Below, one piece after another: positions 38,113 through 51,231 of a DNA stretch of 64,000 nucleotides; position 1 is the first letter of the stretch, and every line of letters starts with the position of its first letter. The notes under the pieces are model-generated. The model was not told where the DNA came from. It searched no databases and was given only the letters and a program-made list of their open reading frames with translations. Origin of the DNA: Octopus sinensis (Eukaryota); contig NC_042998.1 in NCBI RefSeq assembly GCF_006345805.1, positions 187,364,001 through 187,428,000 of the forward strand. Reading direction: 5' to 3'. A program made the position numbers and the translations under genes.

Positions 38113-38670
38113 CATCATCATCGTTTAGCATTCATCTTCTATGCTGGCATGGGTTGGATGGTTCAACTGGGGTCTGGGAAGCCAGAAGGCTGCACCAGGC
38201 CCAGTCTGGTCTGGAAATGTTTCTACAGCTGGATGCCCTTCCTAACGCCAACCATTCCGCAAGTGTAGTGGGTGCTTTTAACATGCCACCTGCACAGGTG
38301 CCAGAGGCGTCCGGCATCGGCCACGATTGGTTGGAGCTTTTAACGTGCCACCGGCACGGAAGCCAGCAAAGGTGGCGCTGGCAACGGCCACGTTCGGATG
38401 GTGCTTTTTATGTGCCACCGGCACAGAAGCCAGTCGGGGCAGCGCTGGCAACGGCCACGTTTGGATGGTGATTTTTATGTGCCACCGGCACAGAAGCCAG
38501 TCGAGGCGGCGCTGGCAACGGCCACGTATGGACGGTGCTTTTTATGTGCCACTGGCACAGGTATCACAACTACTATTTCCATTGATATTTATTTCGATGT
38601 TCATGTACTTGACTCAACAGGTCTCCTCAAGCACAGCGAGGTATTCCGGGATCCAGGGTGATGAAGAATA
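38113..38670 (-). mobile_element. RTE 3' end with a 67-bp minisatellite
   Basis: Units at 38345, 38412, 38479 and 38546. The ORF end AVLEETC* lies near 38620-38640. Confidence 0.82.
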
Positions 38671-39192
38671 ATCACTTTGTCAGTAGATAATCATTCAGAA
38701 TTGCTTGAACACAGAAACTTGAATCACTCTGTCAGCAGTGACATTTTACATCAGGGATCAATTGTTTCTTCTTTGCAGCTTATTTTCAGTCTAAGAACTG
38801 CCTACTCAACTGGAATGAAAAGCTATTTTGTTTTCTCTTAGGAACACCGCCTCCTGCATGTACTAACAAAGGGACCTCTTTGTACTCCACTCTATCCTCA
38901 CACACAGCACCAGTGAAATACTGGAGGTCAATATATAATCAACTAACCCCTGTCCCCAAAATTTCAGCCTTTGTGCCTATATTAGAATGAATTATTATTA
39001 TAATTATTATTGTCAAGGCAGCAAGCTGGCAGGATCGTTAGTGCATTGGGCGAAATGCTTAGAGGTATTTCACCAGTCACTACATTCTGAGTTCATATTC
39101 CTTTCAGGGTCAATAAATTAAGTACCAGTGATACACTGGGATCAGTCTAATCAACTAGCCTCTTCCCCAAAATATAGACCTTGTGCCTACAT

Positions 39193-39581
39193 AGGCGCAG
39201 GAGTGGCTGTGTGGTAAGGAGCTTGTTTACCAACCACATAGTTCCGGGTTCAGTCCCACTGCGTGGCACCTTGGGCAAGTGTCTTCTACTATAGCCTCGG
39301 GCCAACCAAAGCCTTGTGAGTGGATTTGGTAGGCGGAAACTGAAAGAAGCCCGTCGTATATATGTATATATATGTATATGCGTGTCTGTGTTTGTCCCCC
39401 TAGCATTGCTTGACAACCGATGCTGGTGTGTTTACGTCCCCGTCACTTAGCGGTTCGGCAAAAGAGACCGATAGAATAAGTACTGGGCTTACAAAGTAAT
39501 AAGTCCCAGGGTCGAGTTGCTCGATTAAAGGTGGTGCTCCAGCATGGCTGCAGTCAAATGACTGAAACAAGTAAAAGAGAG
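39193..39581 (+). mobile_element. SINE family 1, young copy
   Basis: CpG-rich and full length, nested in the tail of a family 3 SINE. Confidence 0.92.
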
Positions 39582-40122
39582 TATATTAGAAATGATTATT
39601 ATTTTTTGTTAAGGTAGCAAGCTGATAGACTTGTTAGCATGCAGGGAAAAATGCTTTGTGGCATTCCATCCATCCTTATGTTCTGAGCTCAAATTCTGCT
39701 GAGGTTGACTTTGCTTTTAATCTTTTCATGGTCGATAAAATAAGTACCAGTTGGATTCTGAGGTCAATATAATTGACTTATCCCTCCCCAAAATTGCTGG
39801 CCTAGTGCCAAAATTCGAAACCATTATTATTATTTACATTACTGTTGTTTTTGTTATACCTGTAAGCTATGCGGGTTTGGTTGGCCCCTGGTTGAGTAAT
39901 TCCACTTTGCTTGCTTCTTGTACCTATAAATTACTGTTGAAATCAATTGTTGGAAGAGTGGGACTTGATCTAATGTATTCAATGATGGAATGTTTGAATT
40001 TATTTTTAATCCAATTTAACTTTATTTTTTTTCTCCTTTTTTCAATTAGCATATATAAGCCTCTGACCACTGCTTGTAATGTATCAAGAGTGGGTATATA
40101 TTTATATTTCTTAACTACCCTC

Positions 40123-40334
40123 AAGGGGCCAAACACAGAGGGGACAAACAAGGACAGACAAATGGATTAAGTCGATTATATCGACCCCCAGTGCATAACT
40201 GGTACTTAATTTATCGACCCCGAAAGGATGAAAGGCAAAGTCGACCTCGGCGGAATTTGAACTCAGAACGTAATGGCAGACGAAATACGGCTACGCATTT
40301 CGCCCAGCGTGCTAACATTTCTGCCAGCTCGCCG
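40123..40334 (-). mobile_element. SINE family 3 (Meta-domain-like core), young copy
   Basis: Core GAGGTCGACTTTGCCTTTCATCCTTTCGGGGTCGATAAATTAAGTACCAG resembles the MetaSINE core as I recall it. Another - copy at about 61073-61282. Confidence 0.75.
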
Positions 40335-40766
40335 AGTGGGTATATGAAAGTGGTTTCCTTTGGTCCAGCAAAATGCAGAGTTTAAGTTTTAAGAGTCCAC
40401 ACCAAAAATAGTTACCCATATAGTAAAAACAAAATGACTTCAATCAGGAGTCAAATCTCAGTAGTTTTGCAATCGCTCTCAGGTATTTTCTCAAATTAAA
40501 TGAAACAACAAAAAGTATTTTATAAAAAATCAATTGATTAACTTTTATTCAACAAAATTTTACATTTTAGAATTTATAATTAATTTGAGAAAAATAAAAA
40601 AATCATTAAATTGCAGTTATATATGTACATAGAAATTTATATATATAATAGCTTCTTCCTTTTATTTATTTAATTTTTTAAGTAGCAAAAGTTTGCATTC
40701 ATTCAAAAGAGTAGCCTTATAGACTAGAAAAGGCCAGTTTGCCAGGTTTTTATTTTTAATATGTGT

Positions 40767-41007
40767 TTAACTCTTTAATATTCAGATTACTCTGTCAAAT
40801 GAAATGCTTTTTTACTCACATTTGTTTTGAATTAATTATGCATTATTCAGTCGCTTTGAAATTTTGATGAAGTGATTGTTTATTTTTAGAATGACATTAT
40901 AGGTTAGATGTGGGTGGCCTATTATGACTAGTTTGAACATAAAACAAGTATATTTTTATGTAGAATATATGGACTGGATACAGCTGGCTTAAATGCTGAA
41001 GGGTAAA
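40767..41007. mobile_element. piggyBac-type MITE copy
   Basis: Same body (cagattactctgtcaaat...aaatgctgaaggg). Confidence 0.7.
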
Positions 41008-41173
41008 GTAGAACATGAACAATAGACTATACCTTCTACTGGTGTTCAACTGAAGTATTGTAACTATATAAGAATCTTACATTCATTTAAAAGAAAACAA
41101 AAATAATTATTTTCAATATTTATATAAACTATTGGAGCTTTACATTCTCTCTTTTTCTGCTTTTTATATCCAA

Positions 41174-41456
41174 CTAGCAGTATCGCTCGGGTTTGTAAGG
41201 GAAATAACTATATAAGCATTTTTAGAGAGTTCCCTTATATAATAGCAAAAAAATGCATTAAAAATGGGAAAAAATTATGGTAAATTTTTTTAAAATCGTA
41301 GACTCATCATAGACGCGCGCTAATACACAGAAGGGCTTGATATGAATCACGACTATAAGATACCCGGTTTTGGTTAAACTGCACCGCAAAATGTGGGAGT
41401 AGTTAGGAATCTAAATCATAGGAGACAGACACACAACTTCACTTTATATATAAAGA
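41174..41456 (-). mobile_element. Non-autonomous Helitron, family A (hairpin partly deleted)
   Basis: Reverse-complement match to 23061-23367, with A|TC and CTAG|T ends. Confidence 0.83.
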
Positions 41457-42175
41457 TGTCCCAGACTTTCATAGACAATGCCAATTTAGAAATTTAAGTA
41501 TTAGCGTAAGTTATTAAAAACTTGTATTACTGTTAGATGACCCTATAAATAGATGTCCATTCTCAGAAACAAAATACAAAACAAACTAGTAAACCTTGAG
41601 TTTAGACTATTTATGTGGTTAAACTGCCCCTCAACATTTCTCTTCAAATATTTAACTTTTTCATAATTTTAGTTTTTGCTTTTACATGGTAGTAAACAAT
41701 TCATTTTGCATATTTTGTTAGATTCTTACGTTGTAGTTATTTTGCCTTTAGCTACAGTATAAGGACTTAATATAAGAGAACAAATGTTTACTGTTTTGTA
41801 AAATAAAAATAAACTATGTAAAATACATAAAAATGCTTGATGTGAAGTGTTGGCTGAGGAGGTTAAGTCAAGTAGTGGTATGTTTACTGAAAGGTTACTG
41901 GTTTGTTTCTGGTTTTTACCATTGTCTTTTGTCCCTGGTCATAATACACACTAAGTCATCTTTCTATAAATAAATACAGCTCACTTCTTGAAGTAGCTGG
42001 AGTACTATATAGTAACAAGTGTTCCATTGCCTAGGAGTACAGAGTTCAAATCTCCTGTGGGTTTGTAGAAGGCAGTAGGAAACTATTCTGGTACATTGTC
42101 TTTTCATTACATGAAAAATCATCTTTTCCGTAACCTAGATACTTCCTCTGGCAGCCCATTGGATACAGCACTAAG

Positions 42176-42392
42176 CACTATTCCCAAATGCAATAATGGG
42201 GTGACCAAAAAGGGGCAATGGATGTAAAAAAATACCAAAAATAATGAATTAATTAGGTTAATTTTTATTCGTGAAATACAGTTGTTTTGAGTTTGCTACA
42301 AAAAGTGGTCTATGGTGATGGTGGGAGGGGGGGCTAGGAATGTGGCCTAAGTACCAAGCGGGTGGAAGCCTGAAAAATTTTGGGAACTACTG
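42176..42392. mobile_element. Possible degraded hAT-type MITE
   Basis: cactattcccaaa ... tttgggaactactg resembles CAG..GTTCCCAAA TIRs. The TSD is decayed. Confidence 0.3.
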
Positions 42393-43151
42393 GCTTAAAT
42401 GATTGTTCAAATTAAGTTTATTTTTGCATTTGAAGACATAGCAGAGGCTATAGCACTTTCCTAATTAACTATTGTGTCATTAGGATAATTAGCAGAATTT
42501 TGGAAGACACGTCTAGTGGCTTGGTTTGCACAAGCCAAAGTGCAATATTTTATATCAAATGAGATCAAATAGGGTTTCTTGTTTTTATATCAAGAACCTG
42601 ACACAAATTAGTGTATTGCTCATTCTGCCCTTAATTCAAACAACTTTAAGAAAGTGTCAACAACCTGCTCAAAAACTATGGAGGCAAACAAATAATGGGA
42701 TTATACTTATCAAAACCCAGTTGAGTATAAACCCTTCATACTTATGGGCATTATGTTGACCATTTGTGGATTATCATAAACCTTATTTTACCTTTTGGCA
42801 TATCTTAATTTAATAATTGTCAGACTACACAAACGCAGCACAAACTATCTCATTCACTATGGACAGACAGGAACATAAGTTCTTCATCATTAGCCAATAA
42901 ACTTGGTTCAGAAATGCAACTTAAACACCAACTGATTACTAGGAATACAAAACACAGCAAACAATAACTAACAGAAAGATTCTTACTGATGCAAAAGGCT
43001 TAAGTGAGAAAAGGTGGTTAAAGAAAGTCTTTCGTATCCGTGTACATTGCATTTCTTTCTGAGGTTGGCCAAGAAAGGTTAAAAAAAACATCAACAGTAG
43101 CCTGAAGTATGTCATCATTAACGTTAGACTAACACAAGACCAAGAATAAAA

Positions 43152-44367
43152 TCAGGTTGAGTAAAAAGTAAGCAACGTTTTGAACTATGAAGAATTGGTA
43201 CCGGATTTTTGCAGAGTTTTGAATTTTTTTAAACATGTTTTTGAAATTATCTGATAATACAGACATAGACTTGTCCAAATGCATCAATAAATTAACATTT
43301 ATTTATTTTTTTTCACTGTTGTTACAATTATCTGAAATGGAACTGTCAAAGTGCAATATTTGAGCAATTTTGCTATTCAACTTTAAAAACCGATGTAAAG
43401 CAGCTGAAACTGCTCACAATATCAATGAAACATTTGGTGAAGAAATGACCAGTGAGTGGTCAGCTCGAAATTGGTTTAAACAACTTCACAGAGGAGACCT
43501 GAGCCTTGATGATCATGAGTGTAGTCGACACCCATCTGTCATCAATGAGAACTGGCAAAAGAATATCAAGTTAGTCAGAAAACTGCCTGCAACCATTTAC
43601 ATGCAATCGGAAAATAAAAATAGCTCAACAAATGATTTGAATGAAAATCAGAAAATGCACGGATATGAAATTTGCTTGTCGTTTCTTATCTGTAAACAGA
43701 CTGATCCATTTCTTGACTGTATTGTAACTTCCAATGAAAAGTAGATTCTGTACAATAATAAAAAATGTTCTTTGCAGTGGCTGGACCAAAATAAAGCAGC
43801 GTGAACCTTCCCTAAATCTATGCTCTTCAAAAAGAAGGTTATGGTGACTGTTTGGTGGTGTATTGCTGGACTCCTCCACTATAACTTCATAAAACCAAGA
43901 AAAACCATTACTGCAGAAACATATTGCCATGAGATTGCCAAAATGAACGAAAAGCTACTACTCCTCCATTCCAGACTGGTCAAAAGAAGAAGGCCAATTA
44001 TTGTTCATGGCAAAGCTCGACCACATGTTTCACTAATGATGCTCCAGAAGTTAAAGGAACTTGGCTACAAAGTTCTTCCCCACCCAGCTTATTCCCCAGA
44101 CCTTTCTCCTACCGGTTACCACTTTTTCAAGCATGTTGATGGTTTCCTGTGAAAGAAAGAGTTCAAAAATCAAATTGACACTGAAAGTGTGTTCAAAGAG
44201 TTCGTCAACTCCAGAACTCCAGATTTTTATGCTACCAAAATAAACAAACTTGTAACTTGTTAGCAAAAATGTGTTACTTACTTTGATGAATAAAATTTTT
44301 GCATTGTTGAAATACATTGTGATGAATTTCATGTTTCAAAACGTTGCTTACTTTTTACTCAGTCTTA
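43152..44367 (+). mobile_element. Dead mariner (Tc1/mariner) transposon
   Basis: 27-bp perfect TIR match tgagtaaaaagtaagcaacgttttgaa, with TA at the right end. Disrupted transposase at 43337-44293 (KVMVTVWW, HPAYSPDLSPT). The catalytic Asp positions read N, G and G. Confidence 0.92.
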
Positions 44368-46819
44368 TAGAAATGGTAGAGACACCAACAAAGAATTTCT
44401 CACAAGTCACACTAGACATAAAGTTTTTGTAGTAGTAGTAGTAGCAGCAGCAGCAGTAAGCTATTTGTCAGTGATTACATAATGCAAAGATGTCTTCATA
44501 AGAAAATATAGAGAATTTCTGCCAGATATATTTTATTGCATTCAAATTATCTGGTCATTTAGACATCTTGAATTGTTCATGATAAAACTTCTTGAAATGA
44601 TCATAATACCAGAAATAAATACCTTATTCATTCTCAGCACAATATCATGCAAAAAATGCTCAATAATTTCAAATTCACTAGTAAAAACACAAAAGTTAGC
44701 TACAGTTGCACAAGAAACAAAAAACAATCTATCCAAGTCATAAACTATCATATATATAGAAATCCACATTCCACATAAAAAAAAACAGCTACAACTGTAA
44801 CAAATTGAAGCCATGCTCCACTTAGTAGACATTGTCTTAAAAAATCAATTATTTACAAGACAATAAAGACAAATGTACAAAAACTACATCAAAGTAATAA
44901 GTGAAATATTCAAAGTCAGATGCAACAGACACATTTGTTTCACAATATCATTTATCAAAGCTTAAAGTATAACAATATTAATACAAATAAAAATGTCACA
45001 ATGATAGACTGTACCATTCCAGAATATGATTCCCTGTACACTGCAGAAAAATATTAACATGATCAAGAATCAAATATTTTTGCTCAACAAAAGAAATGAG
45101 ATGATATCACATTGCAGGCACAAGAGCAAATTCATTTAAAAAAATTAGTTCAAAACACAGGCAACTTAAACAACCAACAATGAAAAGGAAGAGAAAAAAA
45201 AACAGAAATAAGGCATTTGGATGCCTAACAATGCCAATACTAATGGAATAATAAATCAAATCTCATTGATGAGAAAAATGAATTAGAATTTAGATATAAT
45301 AACGTTAATGTGAGAATATATCAAAATGATCTTAAAGTTTAATCATAAAAAATTTATGAAGTAGATAAAATAAACAACCAACAAATGTATCAAAAAGCAA
45401 TTTTTGCAATTTCAGATATAAGATAACAAAATAATTGAACAGAATGGTAAGTAATATCATTCTTATGTAAGCTGGTTTCACAGGTGGTTTTATTCTTTAG
45501 TGTTTGGATACCTTATATAATATGGTATCTATTGTTTCTCCCTCTTCATGCCAACATCACTACATCCTCTGAAGATGAGGTATGAAGGGATTGAAACATG
45601 GATGATAGGATTTAGGAATATATTTTTACAGTTATAAACAAACTTCAAGAAACATATACAAATAGGAAAAAAAAAATGATAAAAATAGTAAAATTAGAAC
45701 AGTTATATATTCAGTACATGTTCAAAATATACTTATATTATTATTATTATAATTATAATTATTATCATTATTTGGTTTTATTGTTGTTGTTGTTGTTAAG
45801 GCAGCAAGCTGGAAGATTCATCAGCACACCGGGTAAAATGCTTAATAGTATTTCATCGGTCTTTACATTCTGAGTTCAAATTCTACTGAAGTCCACTTTG
45901 CCTTTTATTATTTTTTTTTGTGGTCTATAAAAGAAGTACCAGCTGCGAACTGGACTCGATGTAACCAATTTACCCTCACCCCCAACCCCTGCTCTGAAAT
46001 TGCTGGCCTTGTGCCAAAATTTGAAATCTTTATTGTTAAAGTGGTGAGCCAGCAGAATTCTTAGAATATTGGAAAATTGCTTTGTGGTTGGCATTTGTTC
46101 TGGCTCCTATATTCTGTGCTCAAATCCTGCAGAGGCCAATTTACTTTGCAACTTCTCAGAGAGTTGATAAGATAAAGTAATGAGGGTCAATGGTATTGGC
46201 TAATTCCCTTCCCCTTAAACTGTTTACCTGGTGCCTTTATCAGAAAGCATTATTATCATAATTATTAATTACAATAATCATCATTTTTTTAACGTCCATC
46301 TTCCATGCAAGTATGGATTGGATGATTTGACAGGATCCGACAGGTCAAAGGACTGCTTTGTGCTTGAAGGTCTGCTTTGGTATGGTTTGTACAGTTGCAT
46401 GCCCTTCCTAACACCAACCACTTTACAGAGTGTACTGGATACTTTTTTCATGGCACCAGCACTTGTGAGGTTGCCATGTAGCTCACAAGACTAAGATCCC
46501 CCTTTGAGAGAGTGAGACTACCGTAGAGAAGGAGGCATGTTCATGCTCAATGATGAAAGGTTTAAGTATGAAGGAAGGAGCTGGAATAGATTTCTTGCTG
46601 ACGCATTATACTGGAATGGATAGAAGTAATCAATGTAAAGCTGAAAATAGAGACAAAAACGTCAATGATGAGGTGGAACCTGGGTGAAGAAAAAGGTGGG
46701 TGTAACTTCTAGTTTATAACTAGCATTTCATATGTACACATACATACAAGCACACACAAATAATCACACACACAAATAATCACACACATGCATATATATA
46801 TATATATATATATAGTTAA

Positions 46820-47030
46820 TCCAAACAAGAAAACAAAAACAAAAGAACAACGCAAGGACGTGGAACAAATAAAGTATTATTGGACGCTCAGTAAAGAAGG
46901 GAAGAAGGAGGGTTTGATGTTTCGAGCGGAGCTCTTCGTCGGAAACATAGGAGAAGGAAAGATCCCGAGAAGGGAAGACAGGGGAAAAAAAATCGCTAGT
47001 GATACAGACGAGGTCACATATATATATATA
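46820..47030 (-). repeat. Penelope-type short repeat copy
   Basis: Reverse-complement match to 30478-30680. Confidence 0.6.
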
Positions 47031-47295
47031 TACAAATATGCACACACATATTAATTAAATTGAATTCTGTTCCCATGACTTTAGTTTCATGCTACAGAAA
47101 TCATCAGGCAAGACCACTACAGAGTGAATTATGTGTTGCAAGAAAGGAATTTAGTTTTAATACTCTAGGTATTTTCAAAATGCATTTAGCACTCTCTTCA
47201 TTCATTGATGAAAAATAACATTTAAGTGCACTATATACAGATCTGAATAGTCAGAGACATGCTTGATTGTGTCTGTAAGACTATGAAGATCTAAG

Positions 47296-47329
<34 letters not shown>

Positions 47330-47388
47330 GGCATGAACAAGTGATGATGATGATAATGATATATATATGTATATGTGTGTGGATGTGA

Positions 47389-47439
<51 letters not shown>

Positions 47440-47460
47440 GATAAACACATATATATACAG

Positions 47461-47790
47461 TGGTGGTGGTGGTGGTTGTGGTGGTGGTAGTAGTGGTCGA
47501 TGTGGTGGTGGTGGTAGTGGTGGTCGATGTGGTGGATGTGGTGGTGGTGGTTGTGGTGGTAGTGGTGGTGGTGGATGTGGTGGTGGTAGTGGTGGTCGAT
47601 GTGGTGGTGGTGGTAGTGGTGGTCGATGTGGTGGATGTGGTGGTGGTTGTGGTGGTGGTAGTGGTGGATGTGGTGGTGGATGTGGTGGTGGTAGTGGTGG
47701 ATGTGGTGGTGGATGTGGTGGTGGTAGTGGTGGTTGTGGTGGTGGTGGTGGTAGTGGTGGTGGATGTGGTGGTGGTGGTAATAGTAGTAG
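47461..47790. repeat. (GGT)n compound microsatellite
   Basis: GGT runs with AGT, TGT, CGAT and GGAT variants. Confidence 0.95.
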
Positions 47791-48406
47791 CGGTATATAC
47801 ACACGCACGCGTAGATATATAAAGCATCTTCTCCAATATTTAAAAATTCTAACATTAATGACTGTTTAAGAAACAGAGAGTATGTTCATTTGTTTGTATA
47901 GATTTGATGAAACTCAGTGATGGACACACATAAATACTTTTAACCTGAAATGGGTGCTGCTATTCTTCACAGCTCAGCAGGAAAGTTACGATAAACAAAC
48001 ATTATAGGAGTAATATCCAGTAAACCACCACTAATGTCTCATAATTCACTGGTCCTAAAATTTGATGAAAAAAAAAAGAGAAAAAGAAAAAAGAAAAAAG
48101 ACAGGTTATAAAAATATACAATTCTAATGGAAATCATTGTTAACTTTTCATACAGTTGTCGATATAGCAGTAATAGTATTTTGCATGATGTACTCTCATA
48201 CAAACATTAGTCATTACAAATTGTCAACACTATCTGAGGTAGTTTATTTATGGGCTGGAAAATAATGTCCTAAATAGCACATTATGAAGCTGCTGTCTAC
48301 TATTTTTTTAATATACTGAGTATCATCATTTCCTCTATTTTGGAAACTCATACTATTAATTAGTCAATTAATCTCAGAATTAGTTCACCAATTAGTTCAC
48401 AGCGAT

Positions 48407-49107
48407 TTGCATTGGACAAAACACATTGCTAAAATTGCCAAGAAGGCTGACGGTGTCATGGTATCACTTACCAAGTCCTTTGTGAGCCACTCTCCAGCTA
48501 TATATCTGAGGCTTTATATAGCTATGGTGCGGCATCAGCTGGAATTTGCATCACCGGTCTGGAACCCCTATCTTGCCCAGGGTATTAATTGTCTGGAAAC
48601 CGTTCAGCGACGTGCAACCAAGAGAATACCCTCCATCAGGCATTTGCCATATTCTGAACGCCTTACTTCCCTGGGCCTGGATACATTGAAACTCCAACAT
48701 CTGGCAGCTGACTTGGCAGACACCCATAAAATTATTAGCCATCTTACAAACAATAACTCTGAGCACCTTTTCAAACTCAATCTGTCTAACACAGAAGATG
48801 TTTACAAAGTCAGAAAACAGCACATTTTTTTCACACTAAGAGTTGCTGAAGCATGGAACAAACTGCCGGCATCAGTTGTTTGTTGTCGGAGCACAGCATC
48901 CTTCAAAACTTCCATGCTTCCTGAGATTCGCCAACATTACACCCGATTTTCTCCCCTCCATACACACGCAAGCATGTATCTGACCCATACACTGTTCACT
49001 CTCCAGACATTTGTACATTACTGCATATGCTTTATACGCACTTTTGACAAGTTGTGGTGCACCTGAGTACTGTATACAATAATTTCATCATTATTATTAT
49101 TATTATC
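48407..49107 (+). mobile_element. CR1/L2-group LINE 3' fragment
   Basis: LYIAMVRHQLEFASPVWNPY, LETVQRRATK, LPYSERL, FFTLRVAEAWNKLP, (ATT)n tail. Confidence 0.9.
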
Positions 49108-50666
49108 TATTTATTCCCCATTTTAATTTTTTTTCACAACTAGTCCACATAAGCATCTAATTTGAGATCCAGATGTTAAGAGGTAAAGAGGGATGAAGAC
49201 AGATTAATAGTGAACAATCACCTGATTCCCAAACTCTTTATTAATGTTACTTTTAGCCTTTTTATTTCTTTTTTTGTTAGTTAGTTAGAAGAAATGGCTG
49301 GTATTGGTGACCTTTGTAGCCCCTTCTTGACAATAATGCAGATGATGCTCAGTTTGAATTTTTGTAGGGTGAAACCAGCATGGAAAAACATGAGTCGGAG
49401 GAAGTGTTAGTTCCAGAAGCTTGTAGTTCTAGGGAGGAAGGATTGGGTAAAGTGTTTGATTTGGGGTAGATGGGACACTACAGGGATGATGAGAGTAAAA
49501 GAAAGTAAATTGCAGTAGGGGAGTGGTACTGAGGTTGTTAATTCAAAGTGGGACATACTTGAGCTTTATAGAGAGACAATAGTTGATCCAAGCTGGGCCT
49601 GTAGAGGAAACTGAGCATTTGACATGAAAATACATGAGATCACCATGAGAGATTGTAAGAGCCATGTAAAATGCACTCAGTCCATTCTGTAAGGTGGTTG
49701 GTGTTTGGAAGGGCATCCAGCCATAAAAACCCTGCCAAAACAGGCTTTTATGGTACTGATGCCATGTAAAAGCATTCAGTCCACTCTGTAAGGTGGATGA
49801 GGCTTGGAAGAGCATCCAGCCATAAAAACCCTGTCAAAACAGGCCTTGCTGGTGCTGATGCCATGTAAAACCCTGCCAAAACAGGCAGTGAAGCCTGATG
49901 AAGTCTTCTGCTTAGCCAGCCCCTGTCAAACCATCCAACCCATACCAGAATGGAAAACAGACATTAAATGGTGATGATGATGATGATAATGATGTTCGTG
50001 CCTTGTGAGAGTGTAGCACAAGACCTGAATGCAGAAGACAAATGAAGGCTTGAAAGAAGCAAGGTGAGTATGCTTCACTGAATGTGCCATGTCAGTATTA
50101 TGTGTGAATAACAATGTGTAAATGAATGTCTAACTCCAACAAGAACTGCTGTGGACCATAAGAGACTGACCCATCCATTCACTAGGGCCAACTACTCAAA
50201 CTCCCACCCCATTATCATTACTACATCATCCCATCTTTCTTTCACACTAACCCCTCCTCCCTATTCTGTTTCCCTTACTCCAAACTCAGCAATGTCCCTG
50301 CTGTTAATCTTTCCTTTCATATTAAATTTGCTCCTTCCATTTTGGAAGATCCCTTTTGCTTTGCAAGTTGCAAGGCAATTCCAACAGTGCTGGTGTCGTG
50401 TAAAGCACCCAGTACTCCCTGTAAAGTTTGTACCAGTTGGTGTGAGAAATGGCATCCAATTGTAGAAATCATTCCAAAAATGAGCCATTGTAGTAAGATG
50501 TGGTTCTCTAAACCATAAAATCCTGTTGAACTGTCATACCCATACTAACATGGAAAACAGGTGTAAAATAATGATGATGTGTATTCATCTGCTTGCCTCT
50601 CTCTCTATTTATCTCTGCATATATATATATGCATGTGTGTGTATGTGTGCACACACACACACAATT

Positions 50667-50935
50667 CAGGTGTGGAAGCAAGGTCTGGAATCAAAGGCCT
50701 TAGAGTTAATTTAGCAAAGATCAACATCCTTGTAATTAGGAAAATAGGCAAATTACAAACTCTTTCAAGGAGACAGCCCTGCTTGAGGTGTAGAAAAGGT
50801 GTTGGTAGAAACTCCACAAGGTGTACCCAGTGCACATAAGAGGTGCAGCAGTATCAGAAGAGGGTTAACAGAGAAAGTGGTCTTTGTGTGTGGCAGATGT
50901 GCAGGTATGATAAACACTAGGAAGGTACAGAAAAT
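50667..50935 (+). pseudogene. RTE ORF fragment: RT end plus Cys/His finger
   Basis: [18 protein letters not shown], then PCLRCRKGVGRNSTRCTQC...HKRCS...FVCGRC across frameshifts. Confidence 0.78.
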
Positions 50936-51231
50936 GGACTGGGAATGATCAAGAAAGGTAGTGACAAATTTTTTGACTAGATTCCTGGGAAACCAACAAT
51001 CTATGAGACCCTTAAAATTGTGTTGACAGAAGTTTCTCTACATCTAATTTATATATGCCTTAGGTCTCTGGTCAAGACCCGGTCAGAAGATGAAATAAAA
51101 TGCAGATCAATTGGTAGATGATAATGACAATAATAATAATAATGATGATGATGATGATGGTGTGTGTGTGTGTGAATGAGAGAGAGAATTTTTGCATATT
51201 TCTAAAAGGCAAATTCCAAATAAAATTCATC

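Noticed and set aside
38345-38560. CRISPR-like regular repeat
   Set aside because: Contiguous 67-bp tandem units without unique spacers, inside a eukaryotic LINE UTR.
45563-45604. CTGAAGA...GAAAC hammerhead-like boxes
   Set aside because: No stem II pairing and no valid NUH triplet.
47202-47869. Poly-His, Thr, Pro, Gly and Val ORFs
   Set aside because: Frames of the (GGT)n array, with no splice or homology support.
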